Notes: generated by a model not told the origin, from the sequence alone. Positions 13,571-27,786 are shown, counted from the first letter of the stretch. The stretch is DNA of 64,000 nucleotides from Camelus dromedarius (GCF_036321535.1 NC_087458.1:3472001-3536000); one strand, 5' to 3'. Program-made: numbers and translations.

Positions 13571-16540
13571 GCCCTGGCCCTACCCACCAAGAGGTCTCAG
13601 GGCTCAGCCCCAGTTCATTGTAGTAAGGACCCTAGACTTCTGTCTCCCAACCCCTTTCTCTCCTCTACCATCCTTTCTCCCCTTTCTGTCTCTCTTTATG
13701 TATACGTCCCTCTATGTTCCTGATCACATCTCAATTTCATATCAAATCCCCAAAAAGTCCTGTCAGCAGGGCTGAATCTGATGTCTTTGTGGATATAAAA
13801 CCAGACACTCCTCCCCAGAGCTCCTGCATCCAGGAATAGACTGAGGGCGCTGGTGGGTGTGTAGCTCAGTGAACTCCTCTCTCAGTTCCTGTCACCAGGA
13901 GCAGGCTGTCTAGGACTATGGCCATTCATAGGTAAGGGGCATCTGGAATTTCCAGATGGGCAGTTTCCTGCTTCTGTATTGTGGGACTCCCTCAAGGACC
14001 TTGGAAGTTCTTCCCAGAGGTCCAGTACAGGCCTGCTCTTGATCTGTAACTTCGAGGACCCAAGAACTGGGGGCATCTTATGCTCAGCTCCTTCATATAA
14101 GGCAGAGTTGAAGATCAGGGGAATTGGGTCCTTCATCAAGCATCTCCTATCCACCTATGGTGTGCCAGGCACTATTGGGTGCTCATGCCACCCAATAAGG
14201 ACAAATCCTCAGCCTGAGGAATGATGCCAGCCTAATGCTGAGGGTAGGGGATAGGAAGGGATGTAGGATAGGATGGGGAGAGGCGAGGAGGAGGGCAAAG
14301 AGGAGAAAGGGAAGGAAGGTCACAGAGGGCTGAATCTTGAAGAATGAGCAGGGATTCTCAGGGCTACAAAAAAGAGAAGGACATTCTGGAGAGGAGAAAT
14401 GGAAACTGAAGCATTGTATACTTCGGGACTGAGGATGTTCTGAGGGGCTAGAACCTACCTCTTCAGCTGGCAGAGTGCTTGGAGCCCGAGGAGACTCTGG
14501 GAAATATCAGAGATAAATTGTATATTAAAATGACTTTTATTGGGATTTTTAAATTTAATAACTATTAATAGAGCACCTAAAAATAATTGAATACTTATTC
14601 TGGACCAGACACTGTGCTAGGTAATTTATAGAAACTGTCACTTAACATTTCTGACAACACTATTAGCAAGATACTGTTGTCACCATTTTACAAAGGGGAC
14701 AAGTGAGGCTTACAGAGATTTACTTGCTGAAGTCACATGCCTGTTATATGGGCAAGACCAGGATTCAAATTCAGGTTTGTTTAACTCCAGAGTCCCTACT
14801 AATTATCAACCTCCACTGCTCTGACTGCCATGCAAAGGAAGGTGAACTTTATTCTGAAGGAAATGGGAAGAAGGTAGAAATTTTTAAAGAATGACTGTGA
14901 CAGTATCAAAAAAATGCGTTTTAAAAAAGACAGCTCTCATGCGGAGTGGATGCTTAGTCGCAAGGCAGAGTATCAAGACAACATTTAATCCTCTAGAACA
15001 GGGCTGGTAAGGGCGTCTGTCTACCACAGATGGATAGACAGAGCGTGACAGAATTAAAAGTCAGATAGTAGATTTGACATCTGGTGACTCATGAGACTGG
15101 GACAAATGACAAGAGAAAGGAACTGCTGACCTGAAGAGATGGGGGAGGGAGGGTAAAGGTGTTTTTCAGTAAGATGGAGAATATGGAAGGGAAAAGATAG
15201 CTTTGGGAAGCAAGATGATGCAATTTTGGAAATAAGCTGAGTTTGAAGTAACTGTTATCCATTCAGGACCTGGCCACCAGGCAGTTAGAAATATTCTTGT
15301 AGAGCTCAGGACTGGAGTCCCAAGACAAGATACCAATCTAGGAGCACTTGGCAGAGTAGATATGGAAAGGCAGGGAATCCATGACCTCTCTTGAGTTTCA
15401 AAGAGGAAAAAATAACAGCCAAGGGCAGCATGAGTGAAACCAGGAATACTGATGGGGCCTGGCAAACAAAGAGGACATGAGAATGCGGAGATGGGGACCT
15501 AGAGAAGGATAAGTGTGATCAGGAAAGAGTGACCGAAGGACCAAGTCCTCTTCCAAGGAAACAAAGGTGGTGTCAAAAGGGCTGTAATACCCCTGTAGTT
15601 TCCCTCAACACACACAAATGCACCTGTCCCCCACTACTCTAAGAATTAAACCTGAACAAAGACTTTTTATATTTCTAAAAATCCCTGAAGACAGGCTACA
15701 CACATGTCTGAAAAAAACATGCAAGGACATCTCCAAGTTGGAAGACAACGCTGACACAGGTTCAAGTTTTTAGAGACTACATCACGGAGTACAGTGATTC
15801 TCACTCGAACTGGGCAGGGAAATAGTCTGTTGAAGGCCCAGCTCACAAGAAAGTGGCCTTAGGGTCTATACATACACCCTGAATGGATTTTGATGAGGAA
15901 CGAAGATGGGAGACATTATCCTGTCTAGCGAGGCCCTAAATTACCGATATTTTAAGACCAGGAAACCCGTACTTACTGGGCAGACTGGGACAGCCAGGGG
16001 GGGCGACCTCCCTCCCAAGCCGGAGGGCCCCGCAGGGTGGGGCCCTTTCTCGCGTGGGTGAGGAGGTAGCGGGCTCTCACCCATCCCCTGCTCTCAGCTG
16101 CCTAATCTAAAAGGCCAGCCCCTACGCGCTCTGGCCCGCGAATCCCGAGCGTCCCCTAGTGACTCTCCGTGGTCTCAGCGTGTCACTCCCCCCTCCCCCC
16201 CACCTCCCAGCGCGATTACAGCTCTGGGCCACCTTCGAGTGCGGAGACGCCCCGGAAAAGCCCGACCAAAGTGCGCAAAGCCCGCTCTTCCAGGATGGCC
16301 CGCGGCCGCCTCCAAGAAGCGAAGAGTGGGTGCCCTGGCCGCGCCCAAGAAAGCAGCGGCGACCTCGCCCGCCCAGATAAGGCGGCTAGCAGGCAGGGAC
16401 TAGGCTCGATACCTGGCCCCTAGCCTACTTGCTGCACACCCAATTCTTTGCCCACTCTAGCGCCCTCTCCTCCCGGATTATAAGGTCTGCCGGAAGAACA
16501 CTGACGAGTGGCACAGCTTCTTCCAAGTGCAGTTGTGAGT

Positions 16541-16556
16541 GGCTCTGAAAAGAGCC
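16541..16556 (-). terminator. Histone stem-loop of left H3
   Basis: ggctct-tttc-agagcc on minus strand, followed by HDE gaagaagctg. Confidence 0.95.
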
Positions 16557-16594
16557 TTTGGATGTGATGGAACCTTGAGCCNNNNNNNNNNNNN

Positions 16595-17038
<444 letters not shown>

Positions 17039-18134
17039 CTACGCAGGGAGAGTAAGCGGGTCCCGGGCTGCGGCAGCACTCTTTATAGGCACTGTCTTTT
17101 ACCCCCCCATTGGGCGGGACCAGAATTGAAAAGTCCCGCGCTGGCTGCCCATTGGCTGTGACGCCACCCACCTTCGAGCCACTCATTGGCTTGGGCAGAA
17201 CCCTCCCTACCCTCGACCGCCCCTCCCCCTTCTACTTTCCAGTTTGCCAACAGTCTTCCGTGCCTTGTCTTTCTTCCGGCCGGAGAGTCGTCTTTGAGAG
17301 CAGCTAGGTCAGAGTGTTCCTCAGCCCTTCTCTCCCTAGAACACACTACCCGCGATACCCTCTTCCTTTCCGCGCTTTCTGGCTCCCGAACTGAACCGCA
17401 ATCTCCCGTTTGTTCCCCCGCCCCGTGAACACCTGTTACCTTCTCTGAGCCCTCTAGTTGGTCTAACGGGTCGTTTTTTCCCTGCCTTTCCAGCGGAAAG
17501 TTACCTGCGCCCCGCCCCCACTCCGGGCGCAAGGCTCCGCCTGTGAAAGCCTAGAGTGGGGACCTGTATCTGCGTCGGGGAGGCACGTCTCTGACCAACC
17601 TCCCGCCTCCCCAAGACAGTAGGCTCACTTAAGCCAAAGCCCAGGTGTGCCACACCCCCGAAACTGCCCGCTCCCCTAACCGGCAGGGGTGTTCAGGGTG
17701 GGCTGTACGCGTGCGGGAACGTCCCCCTACTATGAGACCTCAAGTGTTGGTCAAGGGCCTCGGGAACAGCTACAAGTGCGCCCTGGGCACCTGACTCCCA
17801 GTTAAGAGAGCGGAGGCGAGGGGTGGGGAAGAGGAGTAGAAATCTGACAGGATACTTGAACCGAGCCCACCGTAGTGCCCCAAACTTTCTACCTCCACGT
17901 GCGTTAAGCCTTAGGCCTTAACGACTCCTCCACTCCCCGCCCCAGCAAGATACGGGGATAGTTTAAGCACTCGAACTCGACAGGCGAGGAACGGTTGGGA
18001 GGAACAGGCAAGTAGTACTCCCTCCCCCCCGCCAGTCTTCCTATCCCTGGGCTCCGCATTTACCACTGGAGCAGGGTGGAACTGAAAACATTTGTTATGG
18101 CTACTGCAACAACTCTTTATTTGAGAGAGTGAGT

Positions 18135-18150
18135 GGCTCTGAAAAGAGCC
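18135..18150 (-). terminator. Histone stem-loop of left H2A
   Basis: ggctct-tttc-agagcc; HDE overlaps AATAAA at 18116-18121. Confidence 0.95.
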
Positions 18151-18206
18151 TTTGATTTCGCGGGTGCCCCTTCGAGACGAGGACTGCAGGGGGCTTCTTG
18201 CCGGCC

Positions 18207-18963
<757 letters not shown>

Positions 18964-19344
18964 ATGCCTGAGCCGGCAAAGTCTGCTCCGGCGCCCAAGA
19001 AGGGCTCGAAGAAAGCCGTCACCAAAGCTCNNNNNNNNNNNNNNNNNNNNNNNNNNNNNNNNNNNNNNNNNNNNNNNNNNNNNNNNNNNNNNNNNNNNNN
19101 NNNNNNNNNNNNNNNNNNNNNNNNNNNNNNNNNNNNNNNNNNNNNNNNNNNNNNNNNNNNNNNNNNNNNNNNNNNNNNNNNNNNNNNNNNNNNNNNNNNN
19201 NNNNNNNNNNNNNNNNNNNNNNNNNNNNNNNNNNNNNNNNNNNNNNNNNNNNNNNNNNNNNNNNNNNNNNNNNNNNNNNNNNNNNNNNNNNNNNNNNNNN
19301 NNNNNNNNNNNNNNNNNNNNNNNNNNNNNNNNNNNNNNNNNNNN
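18964..19344 (+). CDS. Histone H2B at the position of a human pseudogene (H2BC19P/H2BC20P pair); most of CDS masked, integrity unverified
   Basis: MPEPAKSAPAPKKGSKKAVTKA visible; end inferred from 126-aa length; intact stem-loop downstream. Confidence 0.7.
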
Positions 19345-19397
19345 NNNNNNNNNNNNNCGTGGCGCTCGCACGAGTCGCCGGGCCGCTTGCCGCCAAA

Positions 19398-19413
19398 GGC
19401 TCTTTTCAGAGCC
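19398..19413 (+). terminator. Histone stem-loop of left H2B
   Basis: ggctct-tttc-agagcc plus HDE aagaagctg. Confidence 0.95.
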
Positions 19414-19883
19414 ACCCACCTTCTCAGTCGAAGAAGCTGTCATCTTGTTTACGTGGGTCTTCTGTTATGCCTTGCTTCGCTCTTTTGTTTCCTTTCCTAG
19501 TTAACCTTGAAAGGTCATACTCGTAGGTATAAATATCCATTTTTAGTTTTTCAGATAAGCGACCGAATAAGTATTATTTTCTCTGTTTTGGGAAAGATCT
19601 AATGGTAGGTATAGACTTGCTGTGTTTGGTCAGAGCTGCTCATGAAACTGGCTTAGGCTTGCTTGCACGCAGGTGAATATGCCCATATCGAAATAGTTTC
19701 CTAGTGAAATACTGTGCTAAGTTTATGAAGACCAGGTATGATTTTAAAAAAAAGTTGTCTGTGTAACAAAGGTGCAACTGGTTCCCAAGCAGTTAAGTGG
19801 TGGTGCTTAATCTTTTTTGCGTTATGTGCTGTTTTGTGTACAAAAAAAGGAATAACAACTACTCTGAATAAAATAAATTTCTT

Positions 19884-20045
19884 CTGTATAGCACAGGGAA
19901 CTACATTCAGTATTTTGTAGTTACCTATAATGAAACATAATATGAAAACGATTATATGTGTATATATACATATATATGACTAGAACGTTATGCTGTACAC
20001 CAGAAATTGACACATTATAAACTGACTGTACTGCAATTTAAAAAG
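19884..20045 (+). mobile_element. L1 3' end (camelid-type)
   Basis: ctgtatagcacagggaactac...gctgtacaccagaaattgacacattataactgactgtactgcaatt followed by A-tail. Confidence 0.75.
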
Positions 20046-20583
20046 TCCCACAAAAAAAGAAACTCGTTACCTTTGGTACTAACAAACTCATTGAGTTTGT
20101 GTATCCTGTATTCTCAAGCACCTGCCTACCCTATCTACATGTAGCTTCCCCGGCTAGGGAAATTGAAGCCTGATTTTGGTATCCAGGAATTAACCATTAA
20201 TGCTGGTTCCTTCTCTCTGCCTCTTCTTAAATCATATACTATTTGCCTAATATTTGGTGATAGTGTTCTCCTCAAAGAATTACCACTCACAAAAGCAATT
20301 TAAAGGACATGCCCATTTAATGGGAACAAAATATGCGTAATTGCTGAACCAAGAAAAAGTTTATAATGTTCATAGAGCAGAAAGCCCCAATGTGGTTTGG
20401 AGTGTAAAGGAGATAGTCTTCAGAGTTTAGCCTCAGTGCTTTGGAAACCTTTGGATTGTTTTTGGTGGGGATATGACTACATAACTTCATTAACCTTAAA
20501 ATAGATTACTCTGATTGCTTTGTGGATCATAGATCCTTGGTTGTCCACAGTAGAAAGGAAACCAATTAGGAGGTTGTGGGCTA

Positions 20584-20728
20584 GAGCAGTGATTCTTAAA
20601 ATCTGGTCTCCAGACCAGCATTAGCATTACCTGAGAACTTACTAAAGATGGACTCTTCAGACCGTAATATGTGATAACAAGTTCCCTGGGTGATTTTGAT
20701 GCATGCTGAAAGTGTGAGAACCACTCTG
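20584..20728. mobile_element. MER5A-like DNA transposon
   Basis: gcagtgattcttaaaatctggtctccagacc...gtgtgagaaccact. Confidence 0.7.
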
Positions 20729-21068
20729 TAGTCTAGATTTGGAGTACAGTGATAGTATGGTGATAGTGAGAAATGTTGGCATTAGAATTGTATTTTGGAG
20801 GTAGAACTGGCAGATCTTGCTGAGGGATAGGATTTGAGCAGAAGCAAAACCACTACATTTTTGTCTTGAGTAACTGGGTAAACAGTGGTTTACTTAGGAT
20901 TGAACACTGGAAGAAGGTATGGATTGGGACGGTGAAGGGAGATCCAGAATTCTGCTTTAAGATTGAGAAGCTTTCTGACATTCAAGTGGATGTATGGAGT
21001 TGGCAATTTGAGAGATGCATCTAGGGTTCAGCAAAGAGAACACAATCCTGCCTTTAAGGACTACCTCT

Positions 21069-21530
21069 TATTGACTGAATGGGAAGAAAAAGCGCAACCT
21101 GAAAGCTGAAAATTTTGTTTTATTTGGCAGATTTACTGGGGACTTAATCCCGGGACACAGTCTGTCAGTTCTGAGGGACTCAGAGAGGTAAGGAAGGAGT
21201 CAGGATATGTAGGAGTTTTTGCTAAAACAAACAAAAACCCCCCCAAACATGTAGTCGAACATCAAAAGATTACTGCTAATCATAAAAACAGGCATCTCAA
21301 GTTAATAATTTTAGTGCTTTTCTGTGTGTGGGAAGGTGCAAGAGTCTGGGCTATTAAAACCATTCCTTTGATATGCACCTTAACTATGTACAGCCAGTAT
21401 CTTGTTTTTCTCCACCCTGAGTCCCCTCAGGGTGCACTGGTGGGGGCGGGGGTGGGGGGGTTCCTGATAGCAGCTGTCTGATGGCCACAGCATCTTTTGT
21501 TTACTGAAATGGCAAGTGACTCTGTCCACA
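21069..21530. mobile_element. MER41-like ERV1 solo LTR (laurasiatherian type)
   Basis: aaaaagcgcaacctgaaag...cattcctttgatatgcacc...gagtcccctcagggtgcac; 4-bp TSD ctct/ctct. Family from recall. Confidence 0.65.
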
Positions 21531-21763
21531 CTCTGAACACAGCAGTGGGGATGAAGGCTATCACCTGTAAGTATTCTTCTAGACTTTATTTTTCCTTATG
21601 TGTCCTTAAAGCATTCTTTAAGACTTGATTTCTTGTGTGTTTGTTATGAAGTATTAACTTAGTAGTTGATATCTCTTAATGTATACTATTGACTAGGTAG
21701 CATTTTTCTTCTCTTTCTCTAATTGTATCCTGATTTTCACTGAGGAACCCACCTAATCCCTTA

Positions 21764-21935
21764 GGTAGTTCTCAAACTTGACTGCCCACTGTAACTACCT
21801 GGAGAACTTTTTAAAATATGCCTGTGTGTCATCCCCAGAAATTCTGATTTAGGTGATCTGGCATACAGCCTTCGCTTGAAATTTTTAAAAGGTACTCAGG
21901 TGACTCTAAAGAGCAGTAAAGTTTGAGAACCACTG
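21764..21935. mobile_element. MER5B-like DNA transposon
   Basis: gttctcaaacttgactgc...ccccagaaattctgattt...aagtttgagaaccactg. Confidence 0.65.
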
Positions 21936-22637
21936 ACACATGTGTTTCCCAGAAAACAGGTCTTATCCACAGTTCTTAGGGTTGGCCTCATTGGTTTAAA
22001 TGTAGTTCCAACCCCCTTCCCACATCAATTAGTTCAGAAATCTAGACCAATCTAATTAGCACAAACATTTCAGAAATTGAACTGAGAAGGAGACTGTAGA
22101 TTGCTCTTATCTTTTGGTAAAGTTTCTTTTGCTTTCAAGAGGCAGCAGCAGGATGGAGTGTTATGTGGGTGTGAAGGCAAGAATGATTATAAGCAACACT
22201 GATGAGGGCAACTGCTAAGGGGAAGAATCTGAGGACTGAGCCATTCATGGAACTCAGCCAACCTCAGAGCCCTGCTATACTTTCAGACATCCAGTTAAGT
22301 CAGTTTGCCTAACATACTTTTATTTAAACTAGTTTGGATCTTGAAATATTTGAGAAATAATTTCCCAGAAAAAAAAAAAATGATAGCCTTTTATCTTGGA
22401 AAGTCTCAAAGAGACCAAACAGGGTAGATAACGAGAGAGAGAGGTGCTCTAACTACATATTTGGACTAAATATCTAAGTATTAAAATCAGTATTTGACTA
22501 GGACCAGAGATTAATATTACCATTAAGAAGGAATGTCTGCTGTACACCAGAAACAACATTGTAAATCAAAGATATTTCAATTTTAAAAAAAGGAATGCCT
22601 GGAATATTTCAAAATCTGAAATTTTTTAAAAAAATTT

Positions 22638-22955
22638 AAAATGGTTGCCGGAAGGGAAAGAGGAGAGGGGAGGGAAGGGAGGGAAGAGGGAGGAGGGGAG
22701 AGAAGGGAGGAAAGGGGACAGGGAAGTGTAAGGGGAGGGAGGGGAAAGTAGGAGGAGGGGGGAAGGAGGAGGGATAAACTGGGAGTTTGGCATCTGCAGA
22801 TCCAAACTACTATGTACAGAATAGGCAACAAAGGAAGCTATATTCAATGGCTTGTAGTAATCTGTAATGAAAAAGAATATGTATGTATAACTGAATCACT
22901 GTGCTGTACACCAGAAACTAATACAACATTGTAAATCAAAAAAATAAGTAAAAGT
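22638..22955 (+). mobile_element. L1 3' end containing an expanded purine (GGA-rich) tract
   Basis: atggttgccggaaggg...gggataaactgggagtttgg...gctgtacaccagaaactaatacaacattgtaaatcaa. Confidence 0.7.
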
Positions 22956-23384
22956 AAAACTAGAATTTAACATCCGCTGGGGGAAAAACAACACTATGAA
23001 TCCTAAGCATGTATTGTCACTACTTTTAGTAGTATCAGGGTGTGTCATGAAAAGTTCAAAAGACTTAAGATTTGAAGAGAATTGATATGATAAATCCACT
23101 AAAACTTGATTCCCAATGCAACTATAAAACAATGTGTGGACTGTAGATTTCCTAGGCACCTGTCCTTTATGTGGCCAGATTAAAAGCACAGGGCATGTCA
23201 GATCATTAGCTCTGAATATTATGTTTAGATAGACGTCGTGACAAGCATTAATCAGTACCGGGTAAAAAAATACTACAAACAAAATCACATTCCTTTATAA
23301 AATACAAAAAATTGTCATGGAGACTGAGGTGAAAAGGAAAAAAAAATGAACAATGTAATTCTATCATTAAAATTTTTAGTAGTT

Positions 23385-23800
23385 GCAATAGTTTCTTAGG
23401 GCTGCCGTAACAAAGCCCTACAGACTGAGTGGCTTAAAAGAAATTTATTCTGTCATAGTTCTAGGAGGCTAGAAGTCTGAAGTCAAGGTGTTGGCAGGGC
23501 CCTGTCCCTCCAGAGGCTCTCAGCTAGGATCCTTCCTTGTCTTTCAGCTTCTGGTAGCCCCAGGTATTTTTTGATTTATGACAGTATAAATCTGATATCT
23601 GCTTCAGTTTTCTTCCTGTGCATTTTCTACATCTTATTATAAAGGAAATCTGTCATTATTGGATTAGAGCCCACCCTAATGACCTCATTTTAACTTGATT
23701 ACATCTGCAAAGACCCTATTTCCAAATAAGGCCACATTCTAAGGCACTGAGGAGGTAGACTTCATATCTTTTGGGGGGGACACAATTCAACCCATAATTG
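23385..23800. mobile_element. MLT1 (MaLR) LTR
   Basis: tagtttcttagggctgccgtaacaaag...acatctgcaaagaccctatttccaaataagg...gacacaattcaacccataa. Confidence 0.8.
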
Positions 23801-23811
23801 TAGTCAACAGC

Positions 23812-24268
23812 TGTGGTAAGCTGAGTATGGCTCCCAAATATGTCCACATTTCAATCCCTAGAATCTGTGAATATTACCTTAAATGCCAAGGGGGATTTTC
23901 GTGATGTGATTTCAATATATGGAGATTACCCTGGATTATTTGAGTGGACCCAAATGCAATCACCAGGTTTATTATGAAAGGCAAAAAGTCAAGGGAGAAA
24001 GAGATGGAAGCAGAGAGAGATTTGAAGATGGTATGATACTGGCTTTGATGATGCAAGAACGGACTATGACCCAAGGAATGCCCCTCTAGAACCTGGAAAA
24101 TTCATGGAAGAGGATTCTTTCCTATAACCTTGGGGGAGAGCACAATCTTGAGATCTACCTGGTGAAACTGATTTTTGTGCTTCTGATCTTTGGATCTGTA
24201 AGAAAATAAATGTGTTTCAAGCCACCACATTTATAGTAATTTGTTACAGAAGCCACAGGAAATTATAC
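23812..24268. mobile_element. MLT1D-like MaLR LTR, opposite orientation to the neighbouring MLT1
   Basis: tgtggtaagctgagtatggctcccaaa...ttgttacagaagccacaggaaattataca. Confidence 0.75.
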
Positions 24269-25129
24269 ACCTTTATAGGATTTTTTTTGACAATTTAAGA
24301 TTTGAATATGGATCGTACATTTGTTAATATTATTAAATCAATATTAAATGTGTTGGATGTAATAATGGTATTGTAGTTGTATAGGAGAATGTCCTTATTT
24401 GTAAGAAAGACATGCTGAAGTACTTAGGGAAATGGCTCAGAAAATAAGTGTGTGTGTGTAAAAAGAAAAAGATAAAGCAAATGCAGCAAATAGTAATTGG
24501 TGAATCTAGATGAATACCACCTATTATGATCATTGTACTATTTTTTCAATTCTTCTATAGGTTCAAATTTTCCAAAACAAAAAATTGAAAAATATTTAAA
24601 AACTTGTAATCAGACTTTAAAAACTAGTAAAAAAAAAAAACAAACCAGTTTTAAAGACATTATTGTTCCATTTTATTTTTAAAGTAATGTTAACTGATTG
24701 AATTTCAACATATGAACATAAAAGATTTTTCACTCCATTATGTTTAAAAGGCTTTTATGTATGTTTGAGTGATCATCTATATGTTAACTAGAACTCTGAA
24801 TGATATCCTTTGTTCATCACACTTTGCTATACTTAGAGGTAACGGTGACTTGTGTGATTGCACTAGTCCAGGGATATGCAATTAACATTGATTTAGACAA
24901 TTGGTTGTTCTGCCTTCTGAAGTTGGACTTTGAAACTGAAGTTAGATAGGGGATTTTAATCAAATACTGAGGCCAAGGCTAGATATGGAAAAAAGCCTTA
25001 TCTAGATATGTTACAGTTATTCTAAAAGCTTCCATAAAGAAAGGATAGACCACCTACAAAAGAGCAAGAATCAAGGTGTTAGAATCTAACTTCTGTCTCC
25101 TCCCTGAACTCCGGATTCTCATATTGCGT

Positions 25130-26030
25130 GTTCCCAACATGGGGAATTTGATAGTTCCTATTCGATATTTCTACTTGGATAGCTACCAGGAGTCTCAAAA
25201 TTTTGTCTAAGATAGTACTCTAGGCTTTCCCCCCACAAACCTAACTGCCCCTCATATCAGTAAATTGCAGCTCTTTCCAAGTGCTCAGTCTAAGAACCTA
25301 CAATTAATCCTTGATTCCTCTCCGTCATAACCTACATTCAATTCATCAATTTCATTTAAAATATTTTGATTACTTCTCACCATCTCCACTGCTACCATCC
25401 ATCTGTCTCCTGAGCTGTTACTGTAGCCTCTTTGATATTCTCCCTGCCTCTACTCTTGCTCTCCTACAGTCTATTTTTCAGCATAGTATCCTGGATGAGC
25501 TTTAACATAAGTAAAATAATGTCATTACTCTGATCAGACTCTCCAAAGGCACTGCAAATTATTTAGAATGAAAGACAAAAATTTCAAATTGGCCTGTGAG
25601 GCCCCTCAATAGCCTACATGATCTGACTCTCCACTACCTTTCTGATTGCATCTCCCTTCAGATCTTTCCTTTGCTTGCAGTGCTTCAGCCACAATGGCCT
25701 TGCTTATTGCTTGCACTCCCCAAACCTGTGCCTGCCTCAGGGCCTTTGCACTTGCTGTTTTTTGTTCTTAGAATACTCTTCTCCAAGATATTCTAAGGCT
25801 CACTTTCTTACTTCATTCAGGCCTCTTTTCACATATTAACTGATTAGACCTGTCATCCACACTCCACTCCATATTCTACTTTACACAATAGCACATATCA
25901 CCTTCTGAATACTATACTATTATACATTTTTCTTATTTTCAGAATCCATCAACTAAAATGTAGCTTTAAGTGGACAGGGACATTTTCTATTCTGTTTACT
26001 GCTGTATTTCCAGCATGTGTTATTTAAGTG
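25130..26030. mobile_element. L2 LINE fragment (approximate)
   Basis: ctctactcttgctctcctacagtctatt, gcctcagggcctttgcacttgctgtt and similar L2 3' motifs. Confidence 0.7.
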
Positions 26031-26502
26031 TAATTATTTTCCCTCTCCCTTATTGTGAGAAGCAATATGCACAAATATTCCTAACAGAACCTAAACAGGG
26101 TGTCAGTTTTGCTTTCACACCTAATATCTGGGGTGGTCACACCAAACAGAACAGGTTCTGACCAAGGACTATGGGAACTACATAACCAATATGTCAGTAG
26201 TTACCAAAATTTGAATCACCCGGTGTGTTTTATAGACTATTTATCCTTGACTCTCACCCTCAGTGCCCCAGTGATTTGGATTCAGTGGAAGTATATGGGG
26301 CATTAGGGATAGATAGATAAATTGATCAAACAGCCTTTGAACTGTTTCAGGAAATCTGCTTTTTAAACTTTCTTGTCTCAAAAACACAGAGGGCCTTTAT
26401 TATTATCTAATTTTTACTTCCTCTTTTTCAGAGAGAAAGAATGAATTGTTCCAGGGAGGGACAAATATTTTTAAGGGTAAATAGTTTTAATAAAAGCTGC
26501 TG

Positions 26503-26805
26503 TATTTACAAACTAGAAAAAGACTCACAGACAGAAAACAAACTATGCTTACCAAAGGGGAAAGGAGTGGAGTGATAAATTAGGAGTTTGGGATCAATAT
26601 ATACGTACTACTATACGTAAAATAAATAGCAAAGACCTACTGTATAGTCCAGGTGACTATATTCAATATTTTATAATAAACTATAATGGAAAAGAATCTA
26701 AATATATATATATATATATATATATATTTGAATCAATTTGCTGTGCACATGAAACTAACACTGTAAATCAACCATACTTCAATTAAAAAATTTTTAAAAA
26801 AAAAC
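26503..26805 (+). mobile_element. L1 3' end with TSD and internal (TA)n
   Basis: gactcacagacagaaaacaaactatg...ctgtaaatcaaccatacttcaatt followed by A-tail; TSD aaagctgctg at 26493 and 26810. Confidence 0.8.
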
Positions 26806-27066
26806 AATGAAAGCTGCTGGATAAAGTCTCTGGAGGACATTTTACGGTTAGCAGGCCCAAGTTCTTGAAATTCCTGAACATCTATAAATCCTTCCTTCCT
26901 TACCCAGATTATAAAATAGCAAAAGTACAACTTCAGGGAATTGTGTAGATATCAAGACCTGGGAAAAATGTTTACATAACAATGGCCTTTGTATTATCTT
27001 ACTCTGATGGTGTTGTTTAATGTCTTGAATTTGAGCAAGGTATATTGCTTCAGTATACGCATCTGC

Positions 27067-27125
27067 AAATGAATTTAGAAAGATGACAGCTTCTTTGACT
27101 GACAAGATGGGTGGCTCTGAAAAGA
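27067..27125 (-). repeat. 59-bp duplicate of the right H2B stem-loop/HDE region (orphan, stem broken)
   Basis: 56/59 identical to 27672-27730. Confidence 0.9.
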
Positions 27126-27717
27126 ACAGGAAAGAGACAAGGAGTGTGTAGACTAAAATTACTTCAATTACATATGGTCAGAAAACGTGGCCTGCCATAT
27201 CAGTAAACAAAGGATGTTGTGACAATCAAGGCATCAGCCACTGCAGCCACCCAGACTGTGCACTGCAAAGGGATTCACTATAGAAACAAAACAGGACACT
27301 ATAGGTGCTCGGGCGTGGTCTCAAAGTATTGCTTTGCATTTTTACAGTAACATTACGTTTGGTTTTCTGGGCTCAAGAAAAATGCATTTACAAAATATTG
27401 ACCCAATCTAACTGCTATAGAGTAACCACTGCTTAACTACCCGCCCCCTATCCCCCTGAACAGATTTACATTGATCACCACCCTTGCTAACCTTTTCACT
27501 GTGAAGAGGCCAATTATTTGTATGTGAATGAACACACACTAACTAGCTGTCGACCAATCTACAACAAGTCTTGTCCTACCTTGAGTTCTTTACTTGCCTC
27601 GTAAAATAAACGCAGCTTTCCACTAGGTAAACGAATAGGTGGTACAGGAAGAACCAGTTAACAGAAAATGAAAATGAATTTAGAAAGATGACAGCTTCTT
27701 CGACTGAGAAGGTGGGT

Positions 27718-27733
27718 GGCTCTGAAAAGAGCC
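27718..27733 (-). terminator. Histone stem-loop of right H2B
   Basis: Mirror of 19398-19413. Confidence 0.95.
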
Positions 27734-27786
27734 TTTGGCGGCAAGCGGCCCGGCGACTCGTGCGAGCGCCACGNNNNNNNNNNNNN

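Noticed and set aside
17902-17923. Imperfect hairpin cgttaag-ccttaggc-cttaacg between H3 and H2A
   Set aside because: 7-bp arms, not histone stem-loop consensus, within chance expectation.
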